Shown one piece after another: positions 60,900 to 64,000 of a DNA stretch of 64,000 bases; position 1 is the first letter of the stretch, and each line of letters opens with the position of its first letter. Origin of the DNA: Mobula hypostoma (Eukaryota); NCBI RefSeq assembly GCF_963921235.1, contig NC_086097.1, positions 224,380,001-224,444,000 of the forward strand, written 5' to 3'. A model generated the notes under the pieces. That model ran no database searches and was not told the origin of the DNA. It saw nothing but the letters and a program-made list of their open reading frames with translations. The translations under genes and the position numbers were made by a program.

Positions 60900-62600
60900 A
60901 TAAGAGCATAAGACATAGGAGTAGAATTAGGCCATTTGGTCTATAGAGTCTGCTTCACCATTTAATCATGGATGATCCTTTTTCCCCCCATCTTCAGTCC
61001 TACTCCCCAGCCTTCTCCCATAACCTTTAATGCTGTGTCCAGTCAAGAGACTAGTATATCTAGGTTTGCTGACGCTAAATTGAGTGAAGAAGATTGAGTC
61101 TGCAGAGAGATATATAGATAGCTTAAGTGAGTGGGCAAGGGTCTGGCAATAGAATGCAATGTTGGTAAATGTGAGGTCATCTACTTTTGAAGGAAAAATG
61201 GAAGAGCAGATTATTACTTAAATGGTTTTATAAAAAAATAAAATTGCAGCATACTGCTGTGCAGAGGGACTTGGGAGTGCTTGTGCACAAATCACAAAAG
61301 TCACTTTGTAGGTGCAACAGGCTATCAAGAAGGAAAATGGAATGTTGGCCTTCGTTGCTAGATGGATTGAATTTAAGAGCAAGGAGGTGATACTGAATCT
61401 GTACAGGGTACTGATGAGGCTGCAGCTGGACTACTGTGTGCAGTTCTGGTCTCCTTACTTGAGGAAGGATAAACTGGCTTTGGAAGTGGTGCAGAGTTTC
61501 ACCAGGTCCACGGATTAGGGGGTTAGACAATGAGGAGAGATTGAGTTGCCTAGGACTGTACTCACTGCAATTCAGAAGAATGAGAGGAGATCTTTTAGAA
61601 ACACAAAATTACAAAAGAGATAGATAAGATAGAGGCAGGAATGTTGTTTCCACTGATAGGTGACACTAGAACCAGGGAACATAGCCTCAAGATTTGGAGT
61701 ACATTAAGGAAGGAGATCAGAAGGAACTGCTTTTCCCAAAGAGTGGTGAATCTGTGGACTTTTCTGTCCAATGAAGCAGTGGAGGTCAACTCAGTAAGAC
61801 AAGGTTGGATAGATCTTTGCATAGTAGACAAATTAAAGGTTATAGGGAAAAGGCAGGTAGGTGGAGATGAGTCCATGGCCAGATCTGCCATGATCATATT
61901 GAATAGAAGAGCAGACTCGATGGGCCAGATGGCCAACTCCTGCTCCTATTTCTTATGTTCTTCAGAACCTATCAAGCTCTGCCTTAAATACACCCAATGA
62001 CCTGGCCTCCACAGTTGCCTGTGGTAACAACACCGACCCCTGTGGAACACCACTAGTCACTTGCAGCCAACCAGAAAAGGACCCTTTTATTCCCACTCAC
62101 TCCTCTTACCAATCAGCCAATACTCCAACCATGCCAGTAACTTTCCTGTAATACCATGGGCTCTTAACTTGGTAAGCAGCCTACGTATGGCACCTTGTCA
62201 AAGGCCTTCTGAAAGTCTAAATATACAAAATCCACTGCATCCCCTACATGTAATCTCCTCAAAATTCTAACCATTTCATCAGGTAAGATCCTCCTTTAAG
62301 GAAACCACATTGACTTTGTCCTATCTTGTCCTGTGTTACCAAGTACTCCATAACCTCATCCTTAGTAATTTGACTGCAGCAATCCACTGAGGTCAAGCTA
62401 ACTGGTCTATAATTCCTTTCTGCTGCCTTCCTCCATTCTTAGAGGAGTGACATTTGCAATTTTCTAGTCCTCCGACACCATACCAGATTACAATGATTTT
62501 TAAGATTATTACTAATGCCTCCACAATTTCTATGGCATTCCCTTTCAGAGCCCTTGGGTGCAGTTCATTTGTTCCAGGTGACTTTTGTACCCTCAGGTCT
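60900..62600. mobile_element. Nested CR1s: a minus-strand copy (60900-61050 plus 61963-62600) split by a plus-strand copy (61060-61960)
   Basis: Plus strand LDYCVQFWSPYLRKD. The minus-strand 3' UTR resumes at AGAACCTATCAAG. Confidence 0.8.
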
Positions 62601-62609
62601 TTCCTCCTC

Positions 62610-63920
62610 TAATAGATACTGCGTTACTTTCTTGAGGCAGCACCCTCTGCAAATTCTGCCAGTTTGTGTGAAGGGATGTGCTGAGCAGAGTCCACTGCAT
62701 TCTGCAGCTTCATACATTCCTGCACCTTCGAATTACCATATGAAACCATGATGCTACCTATCTGGACACCTTCACCAGTAAACACAAAGTCTGCAGATGC
62801 TGGAAATCCAAAGCAATGCACATATGATGCTGGAGGAAGTCAACACGTTAGACAGCATCTATGGAAAGTTGACATTTCAAGCTGAGACCCTCCTTCAGGA
62901 CTCCTACACATCTACGCACTTTCAACAATACATGTGTTCATGTCTATTAGAACGTTCAACATCAGACTGAACTTTCTTAACTTCCTAAAAGTAAAAATGT
63001 TGTCGCATTTACCTTGCTGGTGTCTATGAGCTGGGATCTGGACAGGTCATTGTCTAGGAAGTTAATATGCTGACTCCACTGCCAATCCCATAACTTACAC
63101 TGGCATGTTTCACATTCCTTCTTCCTAAAGTCAATAATCAACTCTTTAGTTTTGTTGATGTTGAGCAGAGGCTACTCTTCTAACATCGCTCAACCCAGTG
63201 TCCTATCTCACTCCGGCAAGCTGACTCATTGCCACCTGTGATTTGGGAAAGACTTGCAATGTTTTTGTGGGTAAGCACTCATCCACACATATCCTTATGA
63301 AGTTGGTGATGACTGAGGTCCACTGACAAATCCTTGGACAGGTCCCAGTCCACTGACTCAAAGCAATCCAAAATTCACTCTTCCACCTGTGCTATCTAGC
63401 TCTCTGTAGCCCTTTTCACTGGTGCCATGGTCTTCAGTCTTTTTCTGTACACAGGCAGAGGAGGCTCAATTTACCAAATTGAGGATTGGAGCTGTAGGCA
63501 TTCTTGATGGTGGTTTGGCAGTACTTGAGTGTGTTAAGTCCTCTAGTTTTGCAGGTGATGTGTTGATGATAGTTCAGCAGAGACTTCAGGGTAGCCTGCC
63601 TAAAGTGTACCACCACGATGCTGTAGGCATCATTCTTGTTGATGACAGCTTTGATTCCTTAAGTACAAGCTTATTGACTGCCTGAGCTGAGATGTGGACT
63701 GCAGTCAGAATGATGGTGGAGAACTTCCACAAAGTAAAATGCTGGCACTTTACTGCCATGTGTTCTAGGTTGGCTGAGCAGAAATAGGACAATGCCACCA
63801 AATCTACACCGCAATGAATTTATCACAGAGCAGATGCCACCACCTCTTTTACCCAGCCTCAGGAAATCCCTGCAGATGTTCATCGGGCCAGAGACCTGCG
63901 ATGAGCCTCTTCAGCACCTT
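62610..63920 (-). mobile_element. Degenerate Rex1-type LINE pieces with a PLE pLTR fragment at about 62780-62905
   Basis: GGGICSVIN and YHQHITCKTRGLNTLKYC (endonuclease region), IMVSYGNS (C-terminal region). Confidence 0.65.
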
Positions 63921-64000
63921 CCTTCCATCAGAAAGTCAGAAGGTTTACTGATGATTGCACAATATTTGATTCCATCTGCAACTCTTCAACAAATGAAGCA

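Noticed and set aside
1..64000. Prokaryotic RT systems (retron, DGR, CRISPR-RT) suggested by the many RT ORFs
   Set aside because: All RTs are eukaryotic LINE or LTR types in low-coding-density vertebrate-like DNA, with no operon structure.

Overview
This 64 kb window is AT-rich eukaryotic DNA, mostly transposable-element debris. The repeat mix is CR1 LINEs, Rex1/Babar-type LINEs, RTE, L1, a HERO-type element, Penelope-like elements (PLEs), tRNA-derived SINEs, a Tc1 end and a decayed Gypsy element. That mix suggests a cartilaginous fish, probably a ray (inference). No host protein-coding gene can be recognised, and the long ORFs are retroelement fragments or their antisense shadows. The most notable signal is a set of minimal type I hammerhead ribozyme motifs carried by at least three different PLE families. 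Three copies keep an intact catalytic core (7546-7581, 14925-14960, 26721-26756). These PLEs repeatedly occur as inverted, fold-back insertions with both 3' ends facing outward. Three insertions have clear target-site duplications (TSDs), and one is a 128-bp unit that is little more than the ribozyme. Unique islands between the repeats hold weaker candidates: a TATA box with a splice donor and possible non-coding exons on the minus strand, E-box/TALE motif clusters, and an 18-nt exact match to the phage T3 promoter. Boundaries of old repeats are approximate to within tens of bases.
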